This document shows positions 12,101-24,290 of a stretch of DNA of 64,000 nt, one piece after another. The position numbers and the translations under genes were made by a program. The stretch is from Octopus sinensis. Taxonomy: Eukaryota. How positions within the stretch are numbered: position 1 is the stretch's first letter; every line of letters begins with the position of its first letter. The notes beneath the pieces were generated by a model. It worked only from the letters and a program-made list of their open reading frames with translations. It was not told the DNA's origin and searched no databases. Location of the stretch: positions 26,350,001-26,414,000 of the forward strand of contig NC_043010.1 of NCBI RefSeq assembly GCF_006345805.1, in the 5' to 3' direction.

Positions 12101-12560
12101 CGAGCCTTCACAGTCTACCCGCACATCGCAGATTGTGTTGAAGTCCCCTAACATTACTACTGGGCACGATGTACTCAGAAACTTCTCCAGGTTCCGATAA
12201 TAATCACTTTTCCCCTTACCGGGGGGAGCGTAAACCGCAACCAGCCTGATGTCTTACGGCTACTGAACGTCAACTCAATGACGACCAGCCTACCTTCCGG
12301 ATCCGTAAAAATCAACTTTTTCTCAGAAACCCGGTTCTTTTACACAGGACCAACACCCCGCTTCCGCTGACCGACGGGTTCGGAGAGATGACACTCTCGT
12401 AACCGTGAACAGCAGAGGGAGCAGATCTCTTGGCCCCTTTAACCGGGTTTCTGTGGCAACGACAACATCTAAATCCCGTGACCTGATGTCATTTAGGAAG
12501 CGCCCTGCTTCCAGCTCTGCATCAGGCCACGCACATTCAAACACCCTACACGAATATGAG
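9170..12560 (-). pseudogene. LINE C ORF2 (APE endonuclease and reverse transcriptase), frameshifted
   Basis: Pieces 11335-12006 (SYIDRILI, PGYWKLN), 10753-11220 (FRPITLLN, DQSKAFDRVDH), 9793-10623 (YADD) and 9277-9666. Confidence 0.9.
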
Positions 12561-12570
12561 ACTACTTACC

Positions 12571-13823
12571 TTATTCCGTTTTTCCTTTGGTGGTCGTGGC
12601 GGGGAAGTCCGCATTAATCAGTGACTCGTCCACTTCGAGTCGCGGACCCTTTATGTCCCCTGCGAACTGTGCATTTAACATGTTAAAGTTCCGTAAGTCC
12701 AATTTATAAATTTCTACATTTTTTTGTAGATTCTGTGGGTTTTCACCCTTTCTGCGCTTGGATATTTCCCATTCCACTTTTAAGTCGGTCATTATTTCTG
12801 TCTATTGCCGCATATACTATTTGGGCTTCTGTAAATCTGCTTTTTTGTGGGCTTTGTGGGGGTGATGGGGAGGACCGGGGAGTACGATGGGGAGGAACAC
12901 GAGGAGGGGGTTGAAATGGAGGGGTAATGCTCGGCACTGAGGGGTGGGGGCTTCTCTTTTGTGGGGAACCGTGGTTGGGTGGGGATGGTTTCCCCCTGAG
13001 AGTTGGATTTCTTTTGATTGTGCCAGGGTTGGTTTGGGTTTGTGTCCGCATTCTTTCTCTTTGGCGTTTTCTTCGCCTCACCGTTGTGAAGTCGTTCTCT
13101 TCTTTTCTTCCGTTTTTTTCTCTGCTTCTTCTTCTGTCTTTTTTCTTTCTTCCTCTTTCTTGCTGGTGGGGCATTCCATACGGATGTGACCTATCTCGCC
13201 ACATCCGTAGCAACGTGGCTTTCGCCCCTCTACCACCACCCGCAAGTTAATTTCTTCCCCGAATTGTATCCCTTCTGGAACTTCCTCCATTGCCTCCGGG
13301 GTCGCTTGCACCACCACGTGCAATGCTTGTCCTCTCCAGTTTTCCTTTATCACTCTTCTGATGTTTATCACTGTTATTTTCTCTTCCAGCCCCATTAACA
13401 GTGCTGGAAGCAACCACCTCACGTCGACCTGTGGCGGCACGTCCTCCACTCTGATTTTTTTCCCTCCTTTTTAAACATTTTTTAAAACTTTTCATACTCC
13501 ACCTCCTCCATCTTTATTTCCTCTGTCTTCCTACCAGCAGCGGCAGCGAAGTTAAACATCTTGGTTTTTTCACTTGGTTTGGAACCGTCACACACATTTG
13601 CTGATTTCTCTGCTTCGTTGGAAGTCAACCCTTCCGCGACTTTAGCCGTTTTCACAGCTTTTTTAACCGGCGAACCTTCATTCACTTTTGCTGTTTTCAC
13701 AGCTTCATTGGAAGTCACACCTTCCGCAATTTTAGCTTCTTCAGCAATTTTCACATTTTTTTGTGTAGGCAAACCTACTACGTCATCATTTTTTGACATT
13801 TTTGAACAAATATTTTTGTTCAT
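12571..13823 (-). pseudogene. LINE C ORF1 (gag-like, CCHC), frameshifted and internally deleted
   Basis: Pieces 13482-13823, 13078-13449 and 12571-12792 are homologous to ORF1 at 50371. Confidence 0.8.
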
Positions 13824-14040
13824 TTTTCCGTGGAATGTGTGTTTTTTTTTGGTTTTTTTTCGTGTGTTTCAATGTACAGCAGTTCCCCTCCGTGAGGAGG
13901 GGAAAACAAAGTTTTCCTGGTTCAAAACCAGCAACAGTTCAAACAATTTTTTAACAAGACAATTTAAATAGGTTTTAACACAAAATCAACAACAATATTT
14001 CACTGAAAAAACTCACGTGGTAAAAGTTCAATACTTAATT

Positions 14041-14715
14041 ATCGGACGAACCATGCCAGACACCCAGTACTAGCGAATCCAAAAATACGAATGAGATCTA
14101 TTATTCTCCCTGTCCACCCACGTGAGTCATAGAGCATTACATTTCTACAGAGGTAAAAACTGCAGTTCAAATTCTTGGAGAGAAAGCATTATATTGTTAT
14201 CAAAAAAGGGGGTCGAATTAATTAATTGTTAATAAATTCGACCAAGCAGTATTCGGTATGTAAAGACCATTTACGGTATATTTGAAGTATTAATTTATAA
14301 AAATATGGTAAAGTAAAAGAATTCACTTTACCACACACCGAACTTTTCAGAAATAGCAGCCAAAAATTTGGCTATTTCTTCAACTGCAAATAAAAGTCTC
14401 CAGACAATGCATACTCAGAAAAATAACTCACATAGGATTTTACCCACAAATCCAGAAACAGACTGTCCTCGGGTATCGTATATGGATGTGATCTTTCATT
14501 GTTTTTCCCTTATACCTATGTGAGTTATTTTTCTGAGTATGCATTGTCTGGAGACTTTTATTTGCAGTTGAAGAAATAGCCAAATTTTTGGCTGCTATTT
14601 CTGAAAAGTTCGGTGTGTGGTAAAGTGAATTCTTTTACTTTACCATATTTTTATAAATTAATACTTCAAATATACCGTAAATGGTCTTTACATACCGAAT
14701 ACTGCTTGGTCGAAT
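14041..14715. mobile_element. Family R2 5' part: partial tandem unit plus inverted copy (201-bp perfect inverted repeat)
   Basis: 14236-14436 is the exact reverse complement of 14515-14715. The spacer 14437-14514 matches the reverse complement of about 8782-8856, including the 3' half of the hammerhead. Confidence 0.85.
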
Positions 14716-14741
14716 ATATATATATATATTATATATATATA

Positions 14742-14771
<30 letters not shown>

Positions 14772-14772
<1 letters not shown>

Positions 14773-14936
14773 GGGTATGTAGAAAAATACAACATGGACA
14801 AGAACGTATAACTCATAGAAGACGATACAATAAACATGGACAGGACATTCGAACCCCTCAGTCTTCAGTCAAGAACCGGATCATCGTAGTAATTTCGGCT
14901 GATTAATCTTGAGTAATTTCGGCTGATTAATCTTGA
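14772..14936 (-). mobile_element. Probable Penelope-type terminal-repeat fragment with a 24-bp tandem duplication
   Basis: agtaatttcggctgattaatcttg occurs twice (14888-14935). The minus strand contains cagccgaaa, as in the 4552 hammerhead half, and the fragment ends on (TA)n. Confidence 0.4.
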
Positions 14937-15042
14937 TATATATTATGTGCATACGTTTGTAAATGTGTGTATGTGTGTGTATATATATATATATATAGAT
15001 ATATACACACAAATACACACACACATATATATATACATATGC

Positions 15043-15096
<54 letters not shown>

Positions 15097-15509
15097 AACA
15101 TGCATACATATACACATCTGTATGTATATGCACACTTGTGTGTTCATACATAAATGGCATATATACATACACACATCCATAATTCCAAACATACATGCAT
15201 ACATTGCACTCCACATACACACACCTGTTCGTGTACATAGTGTGTTGACGATGTAACCCTTAATCTACCAAGAAGCTACTTGAAAATGTCGCCAGTGTCA
15301 CATATCTAATGCGGTCATTGAATATTTGATCAATGGTTGCCCTGAAATGTCATCAAGATATTATTACGTCTCAATACAACGTAACATTGTTGCCAAAACA
15401 ATATAAAATGCCACTCACAGAAAACAATTCCTTGCACAGACATCATGTCTGTCTCTTTGTTTGTCTATCTGTCTGTCTGTCTGTCTGTCATCTATCTACA
15501 TCCGGGCTC

Positions 15510-16270
15510 AAACTTGTGCAATTTCAATTCCACCAAGGGACGTTCTATAAAAGATTAGTGGAGGGAAGGTGTGATGGTGTTCTTGGGGAGACTCTGTGCG
15601 TCGATGGAGAATACCTCTTCAAGACATCTTCCGATCCAAGACCTATGGACAATTTCCAGAGATCCCTGGCCTAGCAGTGCTATCGGGAAGCATTGCCCGT
15701 TCGAGATAGGTCTACAGACACGGTTCAAAAAACCGGACCGCCCTGCCCAAGATGCGGTCAGAACAACGAATCCGTTCTGCACGCACTCGTGCAATGTCCA
15801 AATATTTCAGATCTCTGTGGGCCTATGTCGAACGGCTGTTGTCACGTGTGGGATAAGTCCGGTTGTCAGCCGCGTCTATCATAAATATTGCCCCGCCACC
15901 TTCCTTTAACCTGGAAAGCAAGGCAGTTTTCATTGTACTGGTGGCAATGGTGAAAGAATGCAATGTGTATGGTGGAGTTGTTTGAAAGGTTTAGAGACTA
16001 ATACTTTCCTCTGTGGCCAACCTCTCATCAACTTTTTCAACTGTTACTTGAAAAGGAAGGTGTGAATAGAGAGGGAAGTTTTGTCTAATGAAAAATTTAA
16101 CAAAATGATGGGTGAGTGTAGCACGGATGCTACACATGAATGACGGAACCACCTTGAGCATTAACCTACAAAAGAAAAAGAGAAAGAGCGCTTGGCTCTC
16201 ATGTTTTTCTTTTCCGTCGTTACCGTGGTTTTTTACGTAGGTTTTTCTTTCTACGGATAACCCTAGTCAA
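15510..16270 (+). mobile_element. Degenerate Tx1-clade 3' fragment
   Basis: Split frames give KRLVEGRCDGVLGETL...MDNFQRSLA and CPRCGQNNESVLHALVQCP. Confidence 0.8.
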
Positions 16271-16329
16271 TATTTTCGATCGATCGATCGATCCATCCAT
16301 CCATCCATCCATCCATCCTTCCATCTCCG

Positions 16330-17260
16330 CTTTTTGTGGAAGAGAAGCGTTCCGATGGTTAGACGATCCATTTGCTGTCAACATCCGCTAAATGGAGGGC
16401 TGGGTATGCCATGGTTGATGATGCGCAGGCATGCGCTGAGACTGCGACATCACCAGCATTTCATTGACGACGTTGAACAGGTGTGGTCGCCGTTTGTGAA
16501 AGGCGCTTTTTTGTAGCTCGTCTCTTTGATCAAGCGGAAACAGAGGCTGAGCGAATGGCACCACGAGTGTCGCCATTCTCTCGAGCAGTTCTGCTATCCG
16601 GGTTCAAACTTGCGTAATTTCAATTCCACCAAGGCGTTCCATAGAGGGCTAGTGGAGGGGAGGTCCAACGACGTTCTTGAGGAGACTCTGGGCGTCGACA
16701 AGAGATACTTGACTCGCCTATTCAAGACCACTTTCGGGCCTGGACCTATGGTCAATTTCTAGAGATCCCTGGCCTGGCAGTGCTATCGGGGAACATTGCC
16801 CGTTCAAGAAAAGACCTACAGATATGGATCAAGAAACAATGAACCGACCTGCCCGAGATGCGGTCGGAACAACGAATCCGTTCTGCACTCACTCATGCAA
16901 TGTCCACATATTTCAGAGCTCTGAACCTATGTCAAACGGCTGCTGTCGCGTGTGGGACAAGTCTAGCTGTCAGCCGAGTCTATCGTAAATATTGCTCCGC
17001 CACCTTCCTTTAACCAGGAAGACAAGGCAGTTTTCATCGTACTGGTGGCTATGGTGAAAAAATTTGTCTGAGAGGTTTAATAAAAGGTGGGTGAATGTAG
17101 CAAAAATGGTACGCATGAATGACAGAACCACTTTGAGCATGAACCTATAAAACAAAAAGAGAGAAGGCGCTTTGCTCCCTTATTTTTTCTTTTTCTTGAG
17201 GTTACCGTGGTTTTCTTGTAGGTTTTTCTCTCCACGGATAACTCTAATCAGTGTTATATT
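16330..17260 (+). mobile_element. Degenerate Tx1-clade 3' fragment (same subfamily as 15510)
   Basis: RRSICCQHPLNGGLGMPWLMMRRHALRLRH...; 3' UTR similar to 16150-16270. Confidence 0.8.
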
Positions 17261-17479
17261 TTCTTCCACTTTTGGAAATTTAAATTGTTAAAAACGACAT
17301 CTTGTTATTTACTTGTGTACATGACCCAAAACGTTTTTCGATCCCTAATGACCGGTTTCGAAAAGAAAAATTCTACATTATATGTGTCTCCTCTGTGTTC
17401 GGCCCTGCGTGGCTAAATAAAAAAAATCTGTCTGTCCATCCATCCATCCATCCATCCATCCATGTAAATATATTGTTTT

Positions 17480-17828
17480 ATTCTTTTACTTGTTTCAGCC
17501 ATTTGGCTGCGGCCATGCTGGAGCACTGCCTTTAGTCGAGCAAACTTATTCTTTGTAAGCCTAGTACTTATTCTATCGGTCTCTTTTGCCGAACCGCTAA
17601 GTTACGGGGACGTAAACACACCAGCAACGATTGTCAAGTGATGGGAATACATACACACACACATCCTACGGGCTTCTTTCAGTTTCCGTCTACCAAATCC
17701 ACTCACAAGGCTTTGGTCGACTCGAGACTATAGCAGAAGACACTTGCTTAAGATGCCACACAGTGGGTTGATCCCGGAACCATGTGGTTGGGAAGCAAGC
17801 TACTTACCACACAGCCACTTCTGCGCCT
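17480..17828 (-). mobile_element. S2 SINE
   Basis: Reverse complement of a near-complete S2. Confidence 0.85.
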
Positions 17829-17866
17829 GTATGTATGTATGTATGTATGTATGTATGTATATATCT

Positions 17867-18110
17867 ATGCATACCTTTCAATGCCGTGTATGCCATAAGG
17901 TCTGCAAATCTAACGGAGGTCTCAAAAGACATTTTAAGATCCACAAAGATCAGAACTTAGCTGCAGCTCTTGATGGTTCAAATCAGATATGCAATCTATG
18001 TGGGTGTCTTTTCAATACATTGTCTGGTTTAAAAAGCCACGCAAGACGCCATGATGGATCTAAAGTGTAGGTACAAGAGGTGGTCAGACTCGGCATACGG
18101 AGTACGTATA
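17867..18110 (+). mobile_element. Probable RTE-type LINE 3' end encoding two C2H2 zinc fingers
   Basis: CRVCHKVCKSNGGLKRHFKIH and CNLCGCLFNTLSGLKSHARRH then a stop; same finger style as the LINE tail at 37825-38440. Confidence 0.55.
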
Positions 18111-18239
18111 GTACCATGTATGTATAGTACAACTCCCTAACCACTAGATCACGTGCCTTCACTAGATCGTTGTTTCGATTTTCAGACCACGATCTTTTCC
18201 CAGATGGCTTGGTAGTGTTGTCGGTTTAGTTGCTGACGG

Positions 18240-18600
18240 CTTAACCACGCGACAGATTCTACTGTGTTACATTTTTCATTCCCCCAGGAGGTCGTCGTAC
18301 ACAGGTGTCCTCCAACAGCCGAGACTCCTCTCCAAACGTCAAAGCGAAATGCCGTGATGAAATGCCGAAAACATCTTTCAATGATGACAATCATAATTTT
18401 GTCTCTTTCAACAACACAAAGACACAATCTCTGCTCATATCAAGCAAGCAATCTTATAGCTCATCTTCCCTAATTTGTTCTACATTTATAGAACGGAAAC
18501 CTTCAAAGACGCTAGCCCTTATTCTGTCCGTTTATATCCGCTCAAAACTTCATTACCTATTCGTAACTTATAGCAAAAGACAATTATTCAGATTTTCTTA
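18240..18600 (+). pseudogene. Degenerate CR1/Jockey-group RT C-terminal fragment
   Basis: DSTVLHFSF...NFVSFNNTKTQSLLIS resembles the ADDxT...VxFNxxKTQ motifs. Confidence 0.45.
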
Positions 18601-19204
18601 ATTCTTTCATACAGTTCATCAAATATCTCTTTATAGAGCAACAATCACATTCAAATATGAAAATCGTACCTATAGATGCTAAAAAAAAAAAAGTATTGCG
18701 CAAGCAGAAAATATCAATTCTATTTCTTGGTGAATAATTAACACCATTACGGATATAACCAGGAAATTTTATTACTCAGTGAAAGGGTTAATGGTACACC
18801 GAAGGTGACTGGTATAGTTAAAGAATTTATTTACAAGTTTAACAAAGAAGCGTAAGGAACCCATCACGACATCAGAAAATTTGGTGTCAAAGAGTAGAGA
18901 CATTAAATTGAAATCTGCTCAAGAAAAAGTAGTCTTGATGGCAAATTTTATTGAAAGTAAGCTTCGTAAGTTAGCATTATTCGCGAATGCTTGCGAAGGA
19001 TATGATGAAGAGCAAAATGAACTTTGCTCACTGAGCTGTAGGAGTTACCAGGAAGTCGATTATTATGTCTCCTTGTGTGAGGTGAAGAAAAATATAAGGA
19101 TTTTTAGTGAAAGAAAAAAAAAAGGAACAAGTCCTGAGTTCTGACACCACATCTAGACCTTCTTGGTCTTATTTTCAAGATGAAGTGATTTGTTAGCGTT
19201 TATT

Positions 19205-19735
19205 CACCGCTGCGTTTAATTTATTTCTGTTCTAGGCAAAAGGCCCGAAATTTTAAGGGAGGGGCCCAGTCGTTTAAATCGACTCCAGTACACAACTGCT
19301 ACTTAATTTATCGATCCCGAAAGGATGAAAGGCAAAGTCAAACTCGGCAAAGTCGAACTCAGAACGTAAAGACAGACGAAATACCTATTTCTTTACTGCC
19401 CACAAGGAGCTACACACAGAGGGGACAAACAAGGACAGACAAACGGATTATATCGACCCAAGTGCGTAACTGGTGCTTATTTAATCGACCCCGAAAGGAT
19501 GAAAGGCAAAGTTGACCTCGGCGGAATTTGAACTCAGAACGTAGCGGCAGACGAAATACCGCTTAGCATTTCGCCCGGCGTGCTAGCGTTTCTGCCAGCT
19601 CGCCGCCTTAAAAATGGATGAAAGGCAAAGTCGACCTCAGCAAGAGTTTGAACTCAGAACATAGAGATGGAGAAAATGCTGCTAAATATTTTGTCTGGTG
19701 TGCTAACCATTCTGCTAGCTCGCCGCCTTACCGCT
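19205..19735 (-). mobile_element. Cluster of three S1 SINE copies
   Basis: Three cgaccccgaaaggatgaaaggcaaagtc...gaactcagaac blocks near 19310, 19485 and 19615. Confidence 0.8.
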
Positions 19736-19787
19736 GCGTTATATTGTGCACAAAAAAGCGTTTATAGGTATAATGCTATTACTGATG

Positions 19788-19844
<57 letters not shown>

Positions 19845-19887
19845 AATTTACAAATGTGTGTGTGTGAGTATGCGCGCGCACACACGC

Positions 19888-19957
<70 letters not shown>

Positions 19958-20469
19958 TATATATACGTATATATGCGGGTGGATGTATGTGTGTGATTAT
20001 ACATGCTCGTGCGCGCACATACACATACACAGTTGTGATGCATTTCAAATAAGGCAACAAAAAACAAATGGGCCATCAATAAAGATTGATAGGAAAGTGC
20101 TTTCGGTAAAAATGAAGACAGCACCGATGGATCTACTGGATATTCACAAGTCTAATCCTTTAATAAGATGTTAGATGATCCTTTATTATCGTGTGATTTT
20201 TCCGTCATTATCTCCTTGCTTTTTTCCCTTCCGTATTTTCTCGTCATAAATTTGTCCTCATTTTCCTGTACGCCTGTACTTATGCTGTTCTAATTAGATT
20301 GTAGGTACTGTTAGAATGAGCGATATTCTGTTAGGTGTCGAAATTGCGATGACTTCTGATAATGAAAACCAATGAAAGGATCAGATCCATTGGCTTTTTT
20401 TTCGCTTTTCCCCACCCAAAAATTCTCTGCTCCGTCTGTTTTGCTTTATGCTGCTTTTGTCCTTTGCAA

Positions 20470-21025
20470 GAAGTGTGTGTGTGTGTGTGTGTTCGTGTGC
20501 GTGCGTGTTTGTGTTTGTGTGTATGGGCGTGTGTGTGCGCGCACGTGTGTATGTAGGTGTAAGCTTATGTTTGCCTGTGCGTGCCTGTGTTTACACATTT
20601 ATGTATATATGTGCGTGTGTGCACGTATATGTATGTGTATGCATGTGTACATGTTTGCCTATGCGTGTTTGTGCGTATTTGTGTGTGTTTTTGTATGTGT
20701 TTGCGTGAGCACGTATCTGCGCGTGTATTTGCCTATGCTTGTTTGCCTGTTTGTGTTCGTTTGTTTGTGTGTATGTTTATGTGTGCGTGTGTGCGCGTGC
20801 GCTTATAGGTATGTGTGTGCTTGTGCGTGCGTGTGTGTGCTTGTGTGTTTATACATTTATGTTCGTGTGTATATTTGTGAGTGTTTGTGTGTGTGAGTGT
20901 ATATATGTGTGTACATGTGTGTGTGTGTGTTTGCGTGTGCACGTATCTGCTTGTGTATTTGCCTATACTCTTTTGCGTGTGTATTTGTGAGTGTGTGTGT
21001 GTGTGTATGTGTGTGTGTGTGTATT
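20470..21025. repeat. Degenerate (GT)n tract
   Basis: Direct reading; accounts for the V/C-rich pseudo-ORFs here. Confidence 0.9.
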
Positions 21026-21383
21026 TCTACGAGCGAACGATTACAGGCAGTCGAAAGACAATAATTAATAAGTCGATGGCAAGTAGGGAGGTCTCGGGTA
21101 TTTGAGTGTTCCGTGACAGGCGGAAAGCAACAAACTAACAAATATGGTTGCCATCGGCGTCGGCACAAGTATTTCTATTTAACGGCAGCAGCTGGAAGTA
21201 TTTTTATCCTCCAGTTCATTTCACCAACTCCGCTGCTGTACTAAACGATATATAAAAGTAAGGGTTAACAGCGTGTCACTGGGACAAGATCATCGGACGG
21301 ACAGGAAATAAGGGAGACGATGACGATGGCGACAGCAACGACCAAAGGCAATAAATTTTTAATGTGTGTGTTATACGTGTGTG

Positions 21384-21424
<41 letters not shown>

Positions 21425-21460
21425 TGTGTATGTGTGTGTGTGTGTATGTGTGTGTGTGTA

Positions 21461-21498
<38 letters not shown>

Positions 21499-21933
21499 AG
21501 ATGCAGCTGTCACTTCTGTCGGAGAAATACATTTGTTTCTTGACAATATTCGATTTGGCATGCTTTTAATATTTATGATGTAGGATATTGAATCAGTTCG
21601 TATACGAGTGTGTGGGTGTGTGTTGTGGTTATGTGGTGTGTGTGTGTGTATGTTTGGCACCCATAAACAATATATATGTGCACATCTGTATGTGTGTGTG
21701 TGTGTGTATGTACGTACGCATAAGTACATATGTTTATATAGTGTATGTACGTACGCATAAGTACATATGTTTATATACTTATATATGTATGTATAGATAG
21801 ATAGATAGATAGATAGCTATGGATATATATATATATACAGATGTATTTATATATATATAATATGTATGCATATATATATATATGTATACACACACACACA
21901 CATATATATATATATATGTATATGTATGCAGAC

Positions 21934-21968
<35 letters not shown>

Positions 21969-21971
<3 letters not shown>

Positions 21972-22355
21972 GAGCAGGTGTGGCTGTGTGGTAAGTAACT
22001 TGCTTACCAACCACATGGTTCCGGATTCAGTCCCACTGCGTGGCACCTTGGACGTCTTCTATTATAGCCTCGAGCTGACTAAAGCCTTGTGAGTAGATTT
22101 GGTTGACGGAAACTGAAAGAAGCCTGTCGTAAATATATATGTGAGTGTGTGTGTGTCTGTGTTTGTCCCCCCACCCTCGCTTGACAACCGATGCTGGTAT
22201 GTTTACGTCCCCGTCACGAAGCGGTTCGGCAAAAGAAACTGATAAAATAAGTACTAGTCTTACAAAGAATAAGTCCTAGGGTTGATATGTTCGACTAAAG
22301 GTGGTGCTCCAGTATGGCTGCAGTCAAATGGCTGAAGCAAATAAAAGAATAAAAG
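21969..22355 (+). mobile_element. S2 SINE
   Basis: Head, body and tail match S2. Confidence 0.85.
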
Positions 22356-22522
22356 ATAGATAGATATGAATATATATTATGTATGTATAAACCTAAAGTA
22401 ATGCAAACGTGGGCATAACTTCTTTATTTTATTCTGACATAGGCTATTCAATTGCGTATATAGGTAGAGTAACACTGACCCTATAGCACTTCTTTTCCTA
22501 TTCTTCTTCATTGCAGGCAAAT

Positions 22523-22700
22523 AATGGGTTCCAAACAGAAGCAAAATGCCCTCGTTGAGTTCTTGACTTAAGGACGAGTGCACACTGACCGACATCCACA
22601 GAAGGCTGCAAAATTGTTAATGGAGATGACATTGTCGCACGGCACTGCGTTGGGTTATTGGCTGCGGATGAATGATAAGCAACAGTCACGAACATTTAAC
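22523..22700 (+). pseudogene. Mariner transposase N-terminal fragment
   Basis: MGSKQKQNALVEFLT...TLTDIHRRLQN..GDDIV across frameshifts. Confidence 0.55.
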
Positions 22701-23099
22701 AGAAATTTATTTACTGCACTTAATATTTTCCGTGTTGGTCTTTGAAAGATGAATACAAGCAACGATCTATACTCAGCGGGAGAGATAATCTCTATAATTT
22801 ATGAAATAAATAGCTGGTACTTATAGCTCTTTGACTACACTGTCACGACTGGAGAAATATCATGTTAAATTCCCGACAGCAAACTTGTAGCGTCTATCTG
22901 CTCGATTGGAGAATAGAAATATGAGTATGGAGTTGCTAAAACAACTGTTTGACATGCTGTGTCTGCAAACGGTTGGAGAATAAAAATGAGTTCGTGACAA
23001 AAATTCGCTTATTTATAAAAGCCTCGTTAGCAGGTTCTAAAAGGTCGAATCACGTGATGGCTCGATGCTGATTGGTCAGTTATTCGGCCGATCACGTGA

Positions 23100-24290
23100 A
23101 ATGACTATGACTTAGCCGTGACGTTTGTTTGACTATTTGGTGATTCGGGATGGAATTTGCTACAAGATTATTGACAAGAGCAAAGTATGCAGAGGAATGG
23201 AAAAGTTTAAAGAAGCGGAAACCAGAATTGAAAACAAATTACGCAGAGAGATCGTCAAACAAACCATCGACTGCGACCATTGAGACAAATCGCCAGCGAA
23301 GACAATTTGGTTTGCGTGGATAAATGAGTCACAATTTGTGAGTTTGCTGTACAAGTGAACAATGGTCACAATGTATTACAGAATACGGTGGAAGTCTTCG
23401 AGTATTGGGAAGTGTGTGCAAAGTGGGTACTAGGGCAGGTGATGTCCGATTTGAAGGAGAGTAGGGTGGAAGTCTGCTCTGATCTGTTGGAAACGTTTGA
23501 AGCCCGTGTAAACGTTTATTTTCCGATCAGGTGCCAGGTGAGGAAACGTGAATGAAGCATTATAATACGGAAACGAAGGATCATGGAATATTATCACACC
23601 TTTTCTCCAAAGTCTAAAAATTGATCGGCAGACAAAATCAGAATGACTGTTTTGGTGGGTGGGGATGACGAGAGTGTCATTCTTCTTGACTTTTCTGGAA
23701 CATGGATGTACTATGAAGAGCGAGTGGAACATTGAAAGACTCAAAAAGCTTAGAGGAGTCATTAAGCGGATGAGGTTGAACAAAAATATGAAACCGATCC
23801 ATGTTCTGAGTTCAAATTCCGCCGAGGTCGACTTTGCCTTTCATCCTTTTAGGGTCGATAAATTACGTACCAGTTGCATACTGGGGTCGATCTAATCGAC
23901 TGGCTCCCTCGCTAAATATTTCGGGCCTTGTGCCGAGTGTAGAAAAGAATATGAAAACGATCCACATGCATCATGACAATGTGCGACTACACACATCTGT
24001 GACAACAAATCAAACAGTAAAACTATGTCGGTCAATAAGTTCCCAATCCGCCATACAGCTTGAACCAGTCATCCTTCCGACATCGAGTTGTTCAGTGAAG
24101 TTCAATGAAGAACTGTCTTTGACGATAACGATTTGATGACACAAAATAAAAGTGAATGTATGCAAGTGGCTATAACAGTTTACATTTGAATTTTTTCAAA
24201 GGCGATTCGAAAGTTGGGGCCAACGACCGGTTAAATGCACCGCTTGTGATGGAGACTGTTGAGTAGAAACTTTCGTTTAGAGGAAGAGTT
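23100..24290 (+). pseudogene. Degenerate mariner transposase interrupted by an S1 SINE
   Basis: EVCAKWVLGQ...DLKESRVEVCSDLLE; MTVLVGGDDESVILLDFLEHGCTM; HHDNVRLHTS. Confidence 0.75.
23805..23950 (+). mobile_element. S1 SINE, 5'-truncated
   Basis: ttctgagttcaaattccgccgaggtcgactttgcctttcatcc... block. Confidence 0.85.

Larger units (their letters stand above)
8964..14040 (-). mobile_element. Near full-length Tx1/L1-clade LINE (element C), about 5.08 kb, disabled
   Basis: ORF1 zinc knuckle CYGCGEIGHIRMEC; ORF2 with APE, RT (SAYADDITI) and C-terminal CTRC...H...C; 3' end AATAAAGAAAT; 18-bp TSD atcggac(a/g)aaccatgcca at 8946-8963 and 14041-14058. Confidence 0.92.

Noticed and set aside
14845-14875. 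Minus-strand CTGAAGA as a hammerhead core
   Set aside because: No convincing stem II, and GAAT rather than GAAA follows.
17321-17370. Minus-strand GGTC/GATC hairpin, GAAA and palindromic AACGTT (hammerhead 3' half)
   Set aside because: The upstream nucleotides do not match CUGANGA or a 3:8 covariant, and stem I is not evident.
17867-18070. Host C2H2 zinc-finger gene
   Set aside because: Only two fingers, no TGEKP linkers, the start lies in a microsatellite, and the context resembles a LINE tail.
18881-19144. 87-aa ORF MVSKSRDIK...
   Set aside because: Non-ATG start and no recognisable motif; possibly a transposon relic but unsupported.
20372-21800. Cys/Val-rich or His/Thr-rich ORFs
   Set aside because: Degenerate (GT)n/(AC)n tracts, not metal-binding proteins.
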